Below are positions 32,485-43,508 of a stretch of 43,508 nt of DNA, in pieces. Position numbers and translations under genes: made by a program. Source of the DNA: Stramenopiles sp. TOSAG23-6 (Eukaryota). How positions within the stretch are numbered: position 1 is the stretch's first letter; every line of letters starts with the position of its first letter. Where the stretch lies: contig LT635931.1 in NCBI GenBank assembly GCA_900128565.1, forward strand, positions 1-43,508. Direction: 5' to 3'. Under the pieces are notes generated by a model, which saw nothing but the letters and a program-made list of their open reading frames with translations, made no database searches and was not told the DNA's origin.

Positions 32485-35400
32485 TCATTCTATTTTTGTA
32501 TTCATATTATTCTTCAGCTTTGCATTTTCATCTTCCAACTCTTTCAAAATATGTTTTAGTTCCTTTACACGCTTTGACTTTTTCATTTTATGTTTAAAGC
32601 TTTTCGAAGTATTTTGAAATGTCGACTTTGGTATCGTTTTTGTCTCTATATTGTTATCATAGTCAGTCGAAGATTTCATGCTACCTACAATGCGATTTAA
32701 TTCTGACTCCTGTTGAAAACCTGGTGGTGAGAAATTTGATGTACGATACTCTTCATGAATTTGCTCGTCAACTGATGGTGTTCCAAAGGGCAATGCTTTT
32801 GTATTATATCGTTTGACGGAAGTTGATCCGCTTTCCTTTTTCTCTGGGTGACTAATGCTCTGATTACTCACTTCGTTTTGTTCATTTTTCCAGACTATAA
32901 AATCATGCCAATTTACTTCTTTGGTATTTTGAGTAGATTTGGGCATTCCATTAATAATCTTGCTTCTTTGTTCATTTGTTAATTGTGCCTGGATTCTTCT
33001 GAGAGCTACCTGTAACTGATCACTTGAAATTAATCCAGTATTATCAGTATCTATAGCAAGAAAGAAATCCGAAATGGAATTAATCTTATGACCATTTAGA
33101 ATCATTCCTTTTTTTAAGGCAATTCGAATTACACGTAACAGCATTTTTCTTCCCAACTTGTCGCGATGTCGTATACGACTCTCTCTCGTTGAACTTCCAT
33201 GTTTTGTTTCTATCAATCTACTAGATGATTTCCGCAATTTTTCTTCTTTGCGAATCTTTCGATGGTTTTTCGATCCATTCATGTTATTCCTACCAATCTT
33301 GCGCCTTTTATTTTTCTTGCCTCTGTATAACAACGTATTTGGTAACTCAAACGTTTTTACTCCAGAAGCTTTGAAACCTTCAACTTCATCCTTTGAAAAC
33401 CCAAGCTCGTCTAATATGTTAGTGTACTCCGCAGAACCGATTTCAGAAATATAAGCTCTACTCCCACTCATGAGCTGTTTTGATTTTGATAGTATACCTG
33501 AGGCATTGTTTATATCGAATGCTGGGGTACCTCCAGCCAAGTCCTTGAGACGCCTACGCCGCATCTTTTCTACATGTTGCTTCTTTTTCTGACCAATTTC
33601 TTTTGCTTTAATCAACTCCTGCTCAGTTTTCCATCGACTGAGTTGATGTTTCAATTGTTTATCTGGAGACATTTTCGGATTGCGAAGATGTCCAGGGTGT
33701 TTTTGTTTCTTTGACATGGCACTCTTATTACGCTGAATTGGAATATGCTTTCGTTTCTTCACCAAAACTTGCTGCGTTCCAAAATGGTTTAGTCCTATAC
33801 TTGGAAGACTGGGTATGCCTTGCTTTTCATTATTTTTTCTTCTGATACGATCCTTTTGCTTGATCATCAAATTGACTCGTGCCTCGCGGGCCTTCTGTTG
33901 CTGATCTTCACCATATAATCGATTAACGAACCCGGGAATTGGCGAATCTGATTTAGCTTGTGCTAATGCTTCTTTGTGCTCTCTCTCTCTTTGGCGACGC
34001 TCTTGGTCCCTTCTGCGTTTTATTCCAAGCCGTTTCTGAAATTGCTTCCACTCCTCATCGCGCTGAATTCGGTCAGACTTTTGTTTTTCTAATCTTTCTA
34101 CTTCTCGTTTCGCTAAATTTCTTGGTGGGCCAATGACTGGGCCAGTGTGCAGTGATGTATGAGCATTTGAATGAAAATGTTTGACACCCTCAAATCCACC
34201 GGCTGCGCCGATTGATAATGTATCATCACTACTATAATCAACTCCTTCAATGGTATCGCTTTTCGCCAGTGCTTTGTCCATGAAATCGTTTTGAATATGA
34301 TCAATATTATAAGTATGTTTTTTTTCCTTCCTCCTACTAGAATACCCTCGCTGTAGTGCTTGAATCTTAACAGCAGACGAATTTCTATTTTGCTTTTGAT
34401 CGGATAATGTTGTTTTGCGTCTACTTGACCTTCCACGTTGTATTGCTTGTATTTTTGTAGCTGCTACAGATGTGTCCCTTGACAATTGAGGTGCTTTAAT
34501 TATTCCAGCAAGGATAGCAGCCTTCTCTGCCTTTTCCTTTCTAGCATTTTCCATTCGTTCAACGTGCGATTTTATATCCTTAGTAGCCTTTTCTCTATCT
34601 ATTGCTCGAGTCCTTGGTGATGTTCGATCTCCTTTCCATCCAAACTCATTAAATAAAACTCGCTGTAAACCATGCCAAGTAGTTTCCCAGATCCGATTTG
34701 TTTTCCCTAAACTTTGCATTAGTTCACTAAGAATTTTATCACTTGTGTGTATACCCATAGAAGATAAAACTTGTCGCATGCTTCTTTTGGTAACTCTATC
34801 AGAACGAAGTAAATTTTTGGTATTCCATAATAAACCTCGAGTGCGTGCTTTCTTCTGGAGCTCAAACCGCAAAAACCTCGCCGCCTCAACTGGTGGACGG
34901 CTACGCCATCCTGTCTTTCGCTCTGAGGTGTATGTCAAACTTGATTTCCTTCCTTTAACAACAGATGCTATCATGGGTGCAGCTTTTTCTTCCCGAGCAT
35001 ACCTCAGACGCGAGGCATGTCGAGAACGTGCCATATTTCCTCGGTGTACTGATTGTATTGTCCTTACTGCGGAATTCACTTTATTATCTATATTGCGAGT
35101 AATATCATTTGTACCTTTTCCGGCATCTTGCCATTCAATTCCATCTTCATCATCTTTATTATCGAAGAAAATATCATTACCACTTACATCAAAGGTACCC
35201 TCAGTATCATTTTCATTATCTCTCGGTGACAAATTTTGAGTAACATGAATCCCGCGAGGAGTTACATGTGGATTTGATCCTTTCAATTCCAACCGCCAAC
35301 GTTTGTCACTCGAAATACTTCGTACAAACTTGGAGCGTTGCATTGCTTGGATTTTAACTGCTGCAGAAGTTTCTTCGCTTCGTTTTCGACTGAAAATTAT

Positions 35401-38400
35401 CCGATCACGTCGACCACGAAAAATCGCTTGGACTTTAGATGAGGCTTGTTCATACATCAAGTCATCATACTTAGACATCTCAGATGATTGAACCACGTGG
35501 AAGCCTCGTGGAGTGACATGTGGATTCGCTCGCTTGAGCTCGGCACGCCAGCGTATATCTCTTTTACGACTACGTACATATCGCCCTCTTTGAATGGCTT
35601 GGATTTTTACAATTGCATTTGATTTTGATTCATCATTATCGTGTGTACCTCTTGTATCAAATGGGGATGCCTTTTCATTCTTGTTTTGTCGAAGAAACTG
35701 CACGCCAAATGGTCGCTTTGTGTTCTGAAGTTTACTTATTATACCATCATATCCAAAGTCTCGTACATCATCATTGCCTATACTAACAATACAATCACCA
35801 ACTTTGACACCTTGTTTCTGTGCCATTTCACCCTCAATAACTTCACCTACTACAACTCGGCCTTCGCCTTCTTCTTGTAGAGTGACTCCAAGAGAGCCCC
35901 TTTTCAACAAAACATTGTATACAAAATGATCACTTTTTGTACTGAATTTCGCGGCTGCTCCTTCATTCAAAGTTTCAGTTTCAGATACTAGACCACCATC
36001 CCTGGACCAAATCAAACTACGTGCACTTTGATCTAGGCGAAAACTACTATCACTTGCATCATCAAAATGTTCCTGGCGTTCTTGTTGTTGAAGTAATGCC
36101 TGCTTTGCAAGGTCCGATGTATTCATTGTCAACAAAGGTTTTGATTTTGAATCTTTTGCAGTAATAGAACCACCTGCCGTTTTCATTGCCTCTACAATAC
36201 TTACTCGTACATCGCCATCAAATCCAGCTTGTCGTAACTCAAGAATCATCTGTTTACCATTCATCATCATAGGCTGTCGCGAAATTATCCGAGAAATTGG
36301 CGTCTTTCGTCTCGACGTTGGACTTATAAATGGTCCCTTCATGCTTTCATCATCAAGCGGTTCATCTTCTCTAATTGACATTGGACGGGACTTATCACCA
36401 AAGTACGTACCCATAAAACGTCTTCTAGAAACAGCTAATCGTCCCTCTTCATCTCTTGGGATAATTTTTACATCCCATCCATCGGGATCCACCAATTTCC
36501 CTTTTGCTTTGTCGGGTACAAAAACCATTTCTCCTCCCGCCTCTGGCCCAAAGTCAATTACAAGTTCTGCAGTAGATACAAAAACAATAACACCAGAAAA
36601 TTTATAAGGAACATCCGGGAAAGCCGCTTGAAACTGAGAACCATATGCGACATCGACATCCATACCTGCCATTAATGCTACAACATCATCATCTGTGAGT
36701 CCGTCAGCTTCTGTGCTTTCTTGTCCCAATTTAGCAAGTCTATGTTGCCTACGACGTTCGTTCAATGGACTTTGTCCATCGAGCATATAAGATTCAACCG
36801 GCTTGATATCAGCATTATTGGATTTTTTTTCAAAATTGGCTTCTTCTTCCATAATTGGCCCCATTAAAACCATCTCTTTTCGAACCATTCGACCACGTTG
36901 TCTCGCTTGAATCCGTGTAGCCATTGAATAACGCTCTCGGGCACCAAGCGCACGCCGCCGTCCAGCAACACCTCGGTAACTTGCCTGGATCTTTATTGCC
37001 GCGTTTGTGTCATATTGAGATACTTTGCCTTTCACAAAGGGTACACTTCTGTCACAATTGCTTGTTTGAATTTGAATTCCAGCATTGTTGATTTTCTTAA
37101 TGAGTATCATTTCTCTACGAGCTTTCCATCCTCGAAAACGAGCTTGCACTACAGTTGCAGCTTTTCTATTTCCAGTGTGATACCGTCTTGTAGTGTGTGC
37201 ACGTGCTCGTGCTTGAATCTTTGTCGCTGCTGCAATTCGTCTGTCATAAGGCCTAGTAAAATTCTCGGGGAACCACCCGTATTGCCCAACTGGTGTTTCT
37301 CCCTCCCACCAACCATCATCTTGTCTCTGTACAACTCTCAATTCCATACCAGTCACAAGTGTCAATTCATCATCATCTTGAGCAACGTAATCATGTGTAA
37401 CTAAGACATAGTTATCATCTATAATTCCATTAGTTTCATTATCGCTTGTCTGAGTTGAATTTCTATAAATGCTTGCTCTGTAGGCTGATTGAATAATCAT
37501 TGCAGCCCATTCAGTTTGAAGACAACAGTAATTACCAGGAAATACACCAGATTTTTCTGAATTGCATTCTTTGCCATTCCACCAGCCATCCACGCCACGA
37601 TCAAATACACGCAATACCATTCCTCTGACGAGAGAAATTTCGTCGATATCTTGGGCTTCATAAGGAAACTTTGCAACAACTATATCAGTGCCCCTAAGAT
37701 TTGTTGTATTAAGTTTTTTATTAACAAGAGTTCTTCGTACTGAATAGCCGCGATGAGCTGCTTGGATAGTACTTGCTGCAGCAAATTGCCTTGATTTCTT
37801 GGAACGTACAATCCCACCACGAGAGCGAGCTTGTATGCGAGTCGCTGCATGTTCTTTTCGCGTGCACGTATAATTGCCGGGAAATATCCCGCGTTGTCGG
37901 CGGTCGGGAGTCTCACCTTCCCACCACCCATCGTTACCTCTATATAAAACACGTAATACCATGCCTTTAATAAGTGTAATTTCGTCATCTTCTACAGCAA
38001 TGTATGGATGCTTTACAACAACCCAGTCGTTGAGTGGAGCTTGAACTAAAAGATTTTGACTTCGTACAGCTTTCCCACGTAGTTGAGCCTGAATTTTTGT
38101 AGCTGCTTTGATTTTCACTTTGACACAATGTCGATGAGCTTTACCTCTTTGATGTGCTTGTAACTTTGTGGCAGCTTTGTGCTTCTGCATTGTCTTGCGG
38201 CGTTGAACTATGCCTCTTTGTTGTGCTTGTAACTTTGTGGCAGCTTTGTGCTTCTGTGTTGTCTTCAGTCGCTGAATTTTACCTCTTTGATATGCTTGCA
38301 ACTTTGTGGCAGCTTTGTGCTTCTGTATTGTCTTGCGGCGTTGAACTTTACCTCTTTGGTGTGCTTGTAACTTTGTGGCAACTTCATGTTTCTGTGCTGT

Positions 38401-41400
38401 TTTGTGTCGCTGAACTTTACCTCTTTGATATGCTTGTAACTTTGTGGCAGCTTTGTGCTTCTGTAGTGTCTTGCGGCGTTGAACTTTACCTCTTTGGTGT
38501 GCTTGTAACTTTGTGGCTGCATTGGCTTCTAATAAATGAAAGCAACATTTTCTCCACCACCGCTGAATAATTACTGTTGGGTTTCGTCCCCGAGAAAACG
38601 CCGTTACAGCCAATCGTCGTAATTCAACAAGATTCAGTGTTTGGAAAGTAATTTTCCTTGATTTCCCACTCGTTTTTGTAATCAAATTCAAAATATTTTT
38701 CCATTTCATCTTTGATAAATCATGATTATCTATTTTTGCTAGAAACATTCCAGGTCTGACTCCTTTGTTTTTATATATTTGGCGCAATCGCTTCACAATA
38801 ACACCTTGGCCATCACTATATGGGACTACAGCGAGACCTAAACTACCAGGATTTACCGTCACTGTAATTTCTTCTCTGGATTTGTTCACTGTATACCGAT
38901 TTGCATTCGTTGTATCATTATTTTCATCTTTTTGTTTTTCATCAAAGTCTTCATCAAAGTTGTTGATATATATATTGTTAATATACACCAAAAGAGTATT
39001 TCTAATAAACCGCTGAATAATTTTAGCTGCTTTGGCAGCACCTTGATCTAGTCCCATTGCTTCGAGTGTTGCTACTTGCATTGCTCTATCTGTCGGGTGG
39101 GATGAAAAATTTAGCTCTAATACATATGGCCATACTTTATGTAAACTTGCTTTTAAACCCCGTAGTATCTTGAGCACCGAGCGAAAGTTTTCTACAGAGA
39201 CATCATTGCCATTGATACTATTCAGATACATTCCTACTTCAACCCCATCAGCCTCAAGTTGTCCAGGAGAACCATCGGCCAATACAAACCCAGATATACG
39301 AACACCTACACCACCAAATCCACGTTGAAGTTGAATACCCAAGGGGGCTTCACTTGAAGTTATCGATACTTTAACATTCTTCTTTATGTGTTTTTCCCCA
39401 TCTGTACATAAAGTGTCTACATTACCCTCAACTGCACGCTCCCATACAAGTGTAACTTTTGCTTGATTATCCCCCAATTCCATTAATGGTAATAAACTTT
39501 GCATTGGTATTATAAGAGGTTTCTCACCAGAACTCCTTTCTTTTGGCAGTAAACAAGAAAATTCTGCGAGCATTCGTTGCTCAGTTTTGTTTGTTTTCTT
39601 ATTTACAACTTCATCAATTACACGCATTGTGAGTTCAGGATTCAGCAATGATCCAACCTTCAGCCAATGCGATTCAACAAATTCAAGTATGTCGCTTTTT
39701 GGTATTTTTTTGCTAACACATGATAGAGAACCACGTCCTGGGGTATTATTTGCAACTTTTGACAAACTCATTTTTTTGTTCCAATTTTGACCACGTTCGC
39801 CAACAGCTCCAAGAACAAAAGTTACAACATCAGAACCTTTCCTACGCTTTGTATTTGGCAGCCCTTTAATATTCATGATTAGCACACGTACTGACGTTGC
39901 AAGTTTTTGGGATGCGTTTCTTATTGATCTTTCGTAATCGTCAAAACTCTTATACCGCTTCATTCTATTATACCTGGTAAAGTTATCTTTCAAAGCTTTT
40001 TTCTCTCTAAATATCCGCTGCAATGTAGAAATTGCTCGATTTTGTCGACCTAAAGCAAATGCTTCCAAAGTAGCTAATTTCATTACCAATTCTGTTGGTC
40101 TGGTACAAAATGTAAGTTTTCTATGAAATTCTGTGTATCTTTGAAGAAATTTAGAAAGTTCGGAAAATTTCATATTCCCAACGTTAGCCTCAAAATCCCC
40201 AGTTTCATCGGTACCAGTCATATATGTGAGGTACGAACCAAGTGAACAACCCTGTCTTTCCAAAGGACCTGGTTTGCCATTTACAAGAACAAATGATGCA
40301 AGCCGCGCACCCAATCCCATAAAACCAGGCTGAAAGCGAACGCCCAGAGTCCCCGGATCAACTTTTAGAGTTAATGTACGTTCCCTTGGTTGATGGCTTT
40401 TTCTAATGGCAAGATTTGTAATACCATCTATTGTCACATTACGTTCCCACTCGAAAAATATAAGCCCAACTGTATTCATTTGTGAAGATATTAGAGGCAT
40501 CTGAATTGTCCCATCTGAACTGCGTTTATCTGGTATATCCATTGTTGCTTCACAAATTACATACCCAGACTTTACGTGCCTTACATCTACCAACTGTATT
40601 GTAAGCTCTGGGATTTTAATATTCGCCATGTTCAAATTAATGAGACCTTGGTTCCACACAGGTTTCTTCGACCACTTGATACCAGGCAATACTCCTACTC
40701 TAGAATACTGACTAATAGACTGCTCATTATTTCTTAATTCGGAAGCACTCTCTATTTTACTTTGCCACCTGTGGTCTTTTTCTCCAATTACTGCTCGTAA
40801 AACCAAGCTTTCAGATTTTCTCTCCCCTTTTTTAAACTTGGGAATTACAATTCCTGTAGCTTTTTTTATAGACAACATAAAATCACCACCAATCATAGAG
40901 GATAATAATGATACTCGACCACTCAGCAAGTCATCAGCACGCATACGAGCAAGTCTTTTGCGTAAAACACGTTTAATAAGATTACTTGCCGCATCCTCTC
41001 GTTTTTCTTGGAGGAATTTTAATGTACCTAATTGCATCGCCCGTTTACTAGGCCGGGTGCTAAATAAAAACGTACGCACTATCTGTGTTGAATCTTTCAA
41101 TATCTTTAAAACATCTGGGAATTCCATTGATGATATTTCTGTATCTCCATTAACTTTTAGCATATACATTCCCGGTAAAACTCCTTCAACTTCAAGTTTA
41201 CCTGGCTTTCCTTCTAATAAGAGAAATTGTGTAACCATAACACCCAAACCGGCAAATCCAGGGTCTAATCTACAACCCAAAGGTCCTGGTGGTACTGTGA
41301 CTTGAATCTTTCGAATTGGGGCAAATTTAGAAAGACTTGCTAAAGTTTTTTTTTTTGGCGAGGACACATGCAATCCAACAATCCTTTGCCATGATACTTT

Positions 41401-43508
41401 GACTTCACCTGTCCAATTTATATCTCCTACTCCTCGCCATCGAATATCAATAGATCCACCAGAGCTACGAGCATTTGCAACGCGCACTGTTGCTTCACAT
41501 TTTGTAATTTCATTACCATCTGTATCAATATCATATACACGCAATGAGACTTCTGGACGCCGCAATCGACTCAATGATAATTTCGCTGTTTCATTTGGCC
41601 ATGATGGTGACCAACTCTTTAGTATTTTAGATGTTTCTACCGCTTTGGAACATGGTAATGGTGTTGTAAACCCCTTTGTAGCTCGTGCCATTTTCTGTTC
41701 CCAGGGCTCGCCTTCTTCACCAGCAACAAAACGCACAAAAGTCATGCGATCATCCACATTATTAGGTCCATCAAGATTAGTTACTTCATTGATAGTCATA
41801 TGTATTGATGTCGTTTTTGATTGCTTCATTTGATTGCCACTTTCAACCTTTGTGATTATCGCATCTACTAAATTATCTGAACGAGTTTTGTTTAACATTG
41901 TTTGTTCACGCGAAGCAAATGCTCGTTTAAACATTTTGTATGCCTGTCGACGTCTTATGACATTCTGTATTATCGTTGCTGCATTTGTTTGAGAATTACC
42001 AAGTGATATGACAGAAATTGCATTTTTCAAAGCAATATCTGTGGGTCTACTAGAAAAAGTAATAATTCTACGCTGTTTTGCACTTGACGATACAATTCTT
42101 TTAATGTCTGAAAAAGGCAATTCATCAAGGCTATTTCCAGATATGAGCATAAATGAGTTTTCCTTTGAAAGTGTAGGGTCACATTTGATTGAAGTTATAT
42201 ACATCCCAGCTTCGACTCCTTGAGATTCTAATGGACCAGGCATTCCATTCGAATTAAGTGTAAATGAAGCAATTTTTGCCCCAATGCCACCAAAGCCTTG
42301 TTCCATTTCGCAAAATAAGGACCCAGGATTAACTTTAACAACTATTGTTCGTCGCCTTATGCGCCCTAATTCTTCAAGCGTTATTTTTTTATCTCCTTGA
42401 ATGAGAGGGCGTTCCCATGAAATTAGCAGCGAGCCAGCCATTTTACCTGCGAGCGTGGCCATGGGAATACTGACAATACCATTAGAAGTACGCGTATTTG
42501 CTACCTCGAGCACACCATGGCACAGAATCTTTTCTGATACATTATCAAATACATCTTCTACACCACGCTCAATTATACAAAAGGTAATTTCCGGATTAAC
42601 TAAACTATTAATAGTGATCCATTTGGAAGTACCCCATATTTGATTCGAAGCTTTTGGGCGAGTAGACCAAGATGCTTCATGAGTGTACATCGGAGAGTCT
42701 CTAATATGTGTGTTTTGTTTAGTTCCAAGTCTTTTATATTTAGTTTCCCAAGTTTCACCTATTTCTCCTGATCTTACTCTAATAAATATTTTACCCTTAG
42801 TTGACCTTTTTGGTGATGAAATCTCAACAGACTTCAAAGCAGTGATTTTTATATCTGAACCTAATACCATTGGTATGTGTGTTCTATTATCTCTACCACC
42901 GAGAGACACATCATGACTGTATTCTTTTGAATGCTGTTGTGCAAGCCATTTTCGTACCGATTTTTGCAGTATTTTACATGCGTTCTTGCGTCTATTTCCC
43001 TTCAAAATTTTCAACACTTCAACTTTTATAGCTGCTTCCGATGGTCGATTACTAAATGTTAGACACCTAGTTAATTTCTGTTTAACTTTGAGTATTAAAA
43101 TAACATCATCATACATGGCATCTCCAACATCGGTGTCATCAATATCTATGAGATACATGTATGGTGAAACAATATTTCAAAAAGTTGTTTTTTTTTGTTA
43201 AAATACAAAATTTTGTAGAAAACAAAATTTAGATGAAAATATCCATTGCAAAACGTACATGTTTGGAAGTATACCAGATTTTTCAAGTGGCCCTGGTCGA
43301 CCATCAACGAGTTTGAAATAAACAAGTCTTACACCAACTCCGCCAAACCCCGGAGCAAATGCAGCGCCAATTGGCCCAGGCTCGCAGACAACTTTAACTT
43401 TTTTACGATTTACCACTGATTTAATACGCGATTTTTGTGCTTGGCCCATCACCCGCTCCCAATGTATTTTAACAAGACCAGACTTTTGTTTTTGGTGCTG
43501 AGAGAGGA
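32485..43508 (-). CDS. Giant (>3600 aa) scaffold with repeated C2-like/PDZ-like/IQ modules, IQ array, three SH3, PDZ, coiled coil and EF-hand; 5'-partial; exons >43508-43259 and 43156-32485
   Basis: PGxLG PDZ-like starts, many IQxxxRG motifs, SH3 motifs (Y.A...DE..L..G....DGWWEG...G.FP.N) three times, EF loop DTDNTGLISSDQ. The upstream exon is open to the window edge. Confidence 0.88.
38140..38520 (-). repeat. 69-bp tandem array encoding 23-aa IQ motifs (about 6 units)
   Basis: AATKLQAHQRGKVQRRKTLQKHK repeated with high DNA identity. Confidence 0.92.
43157..43258 (-). other. GT-AT intron (102 nt)
   Basis: AAC AT|GTACGTTTT...TTTTGTATTTTAAC...CACCATACAT|G TAT gives GILPNMYL, matching the protein's own repeats GVLPGMYM and GVEVGMYL. 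Confidence 0.88.

Noticed and set aside
38140-38570. Regular repeats as a CRISPR array, or the + strand ORF as a gene
   Set aside because: Contiguous 69-bp coding repeats without unique spacers; they encode IQ motifs on the minus strand.

Overview
Compact, AT-rich eukaryotic (protist-type; lineage not determinable here) genomic segment using the standard genetic code. It holds an intact, apparently young 9.6-kb Ty1/copia LTR retrotransposon (1595-11158) and about 16 host genes: type II PI4-kinase (partial), ankyrin/EF-hand protein, PA-domain RING-H2 ligase, UCH-L deubiquitinase, GMP synthase, a small membrane protein, RPS8, ubiquitin-RPL40, MED8-like, tubulin-tyrosine ligase, a GC-rich Cj0069-like ATP-grasp gene, a TM RING-H2 ligase, Tim21/Coa1-like, EEF1AKMT4-like methyltransferase, a secreted orphan and a giant PDZ/IQ/SH3 scaffold. 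The main discovery is the intron system. Of 16 complete introns inferred by restoring reading frames and conserved motifs, 14 read GT...AT rather than GT...AG. They are 90-111 nt long and share one architecture (AT|GTAYGTTTT ... TTCGTACGAA-AATTTTGTACCTAAC ... AAATATTTTTCACAATACAT|), suggesting an introner-derived family handled by a spliceosome that accepts AU acceptors. The retroelement has non-TG...CA LTR ends and a primer-binding site matching the anticodon arm of tRNA-Asn (half-tRNA priming). All splicing is inferred from DNA alone; no transcript evidence is available.
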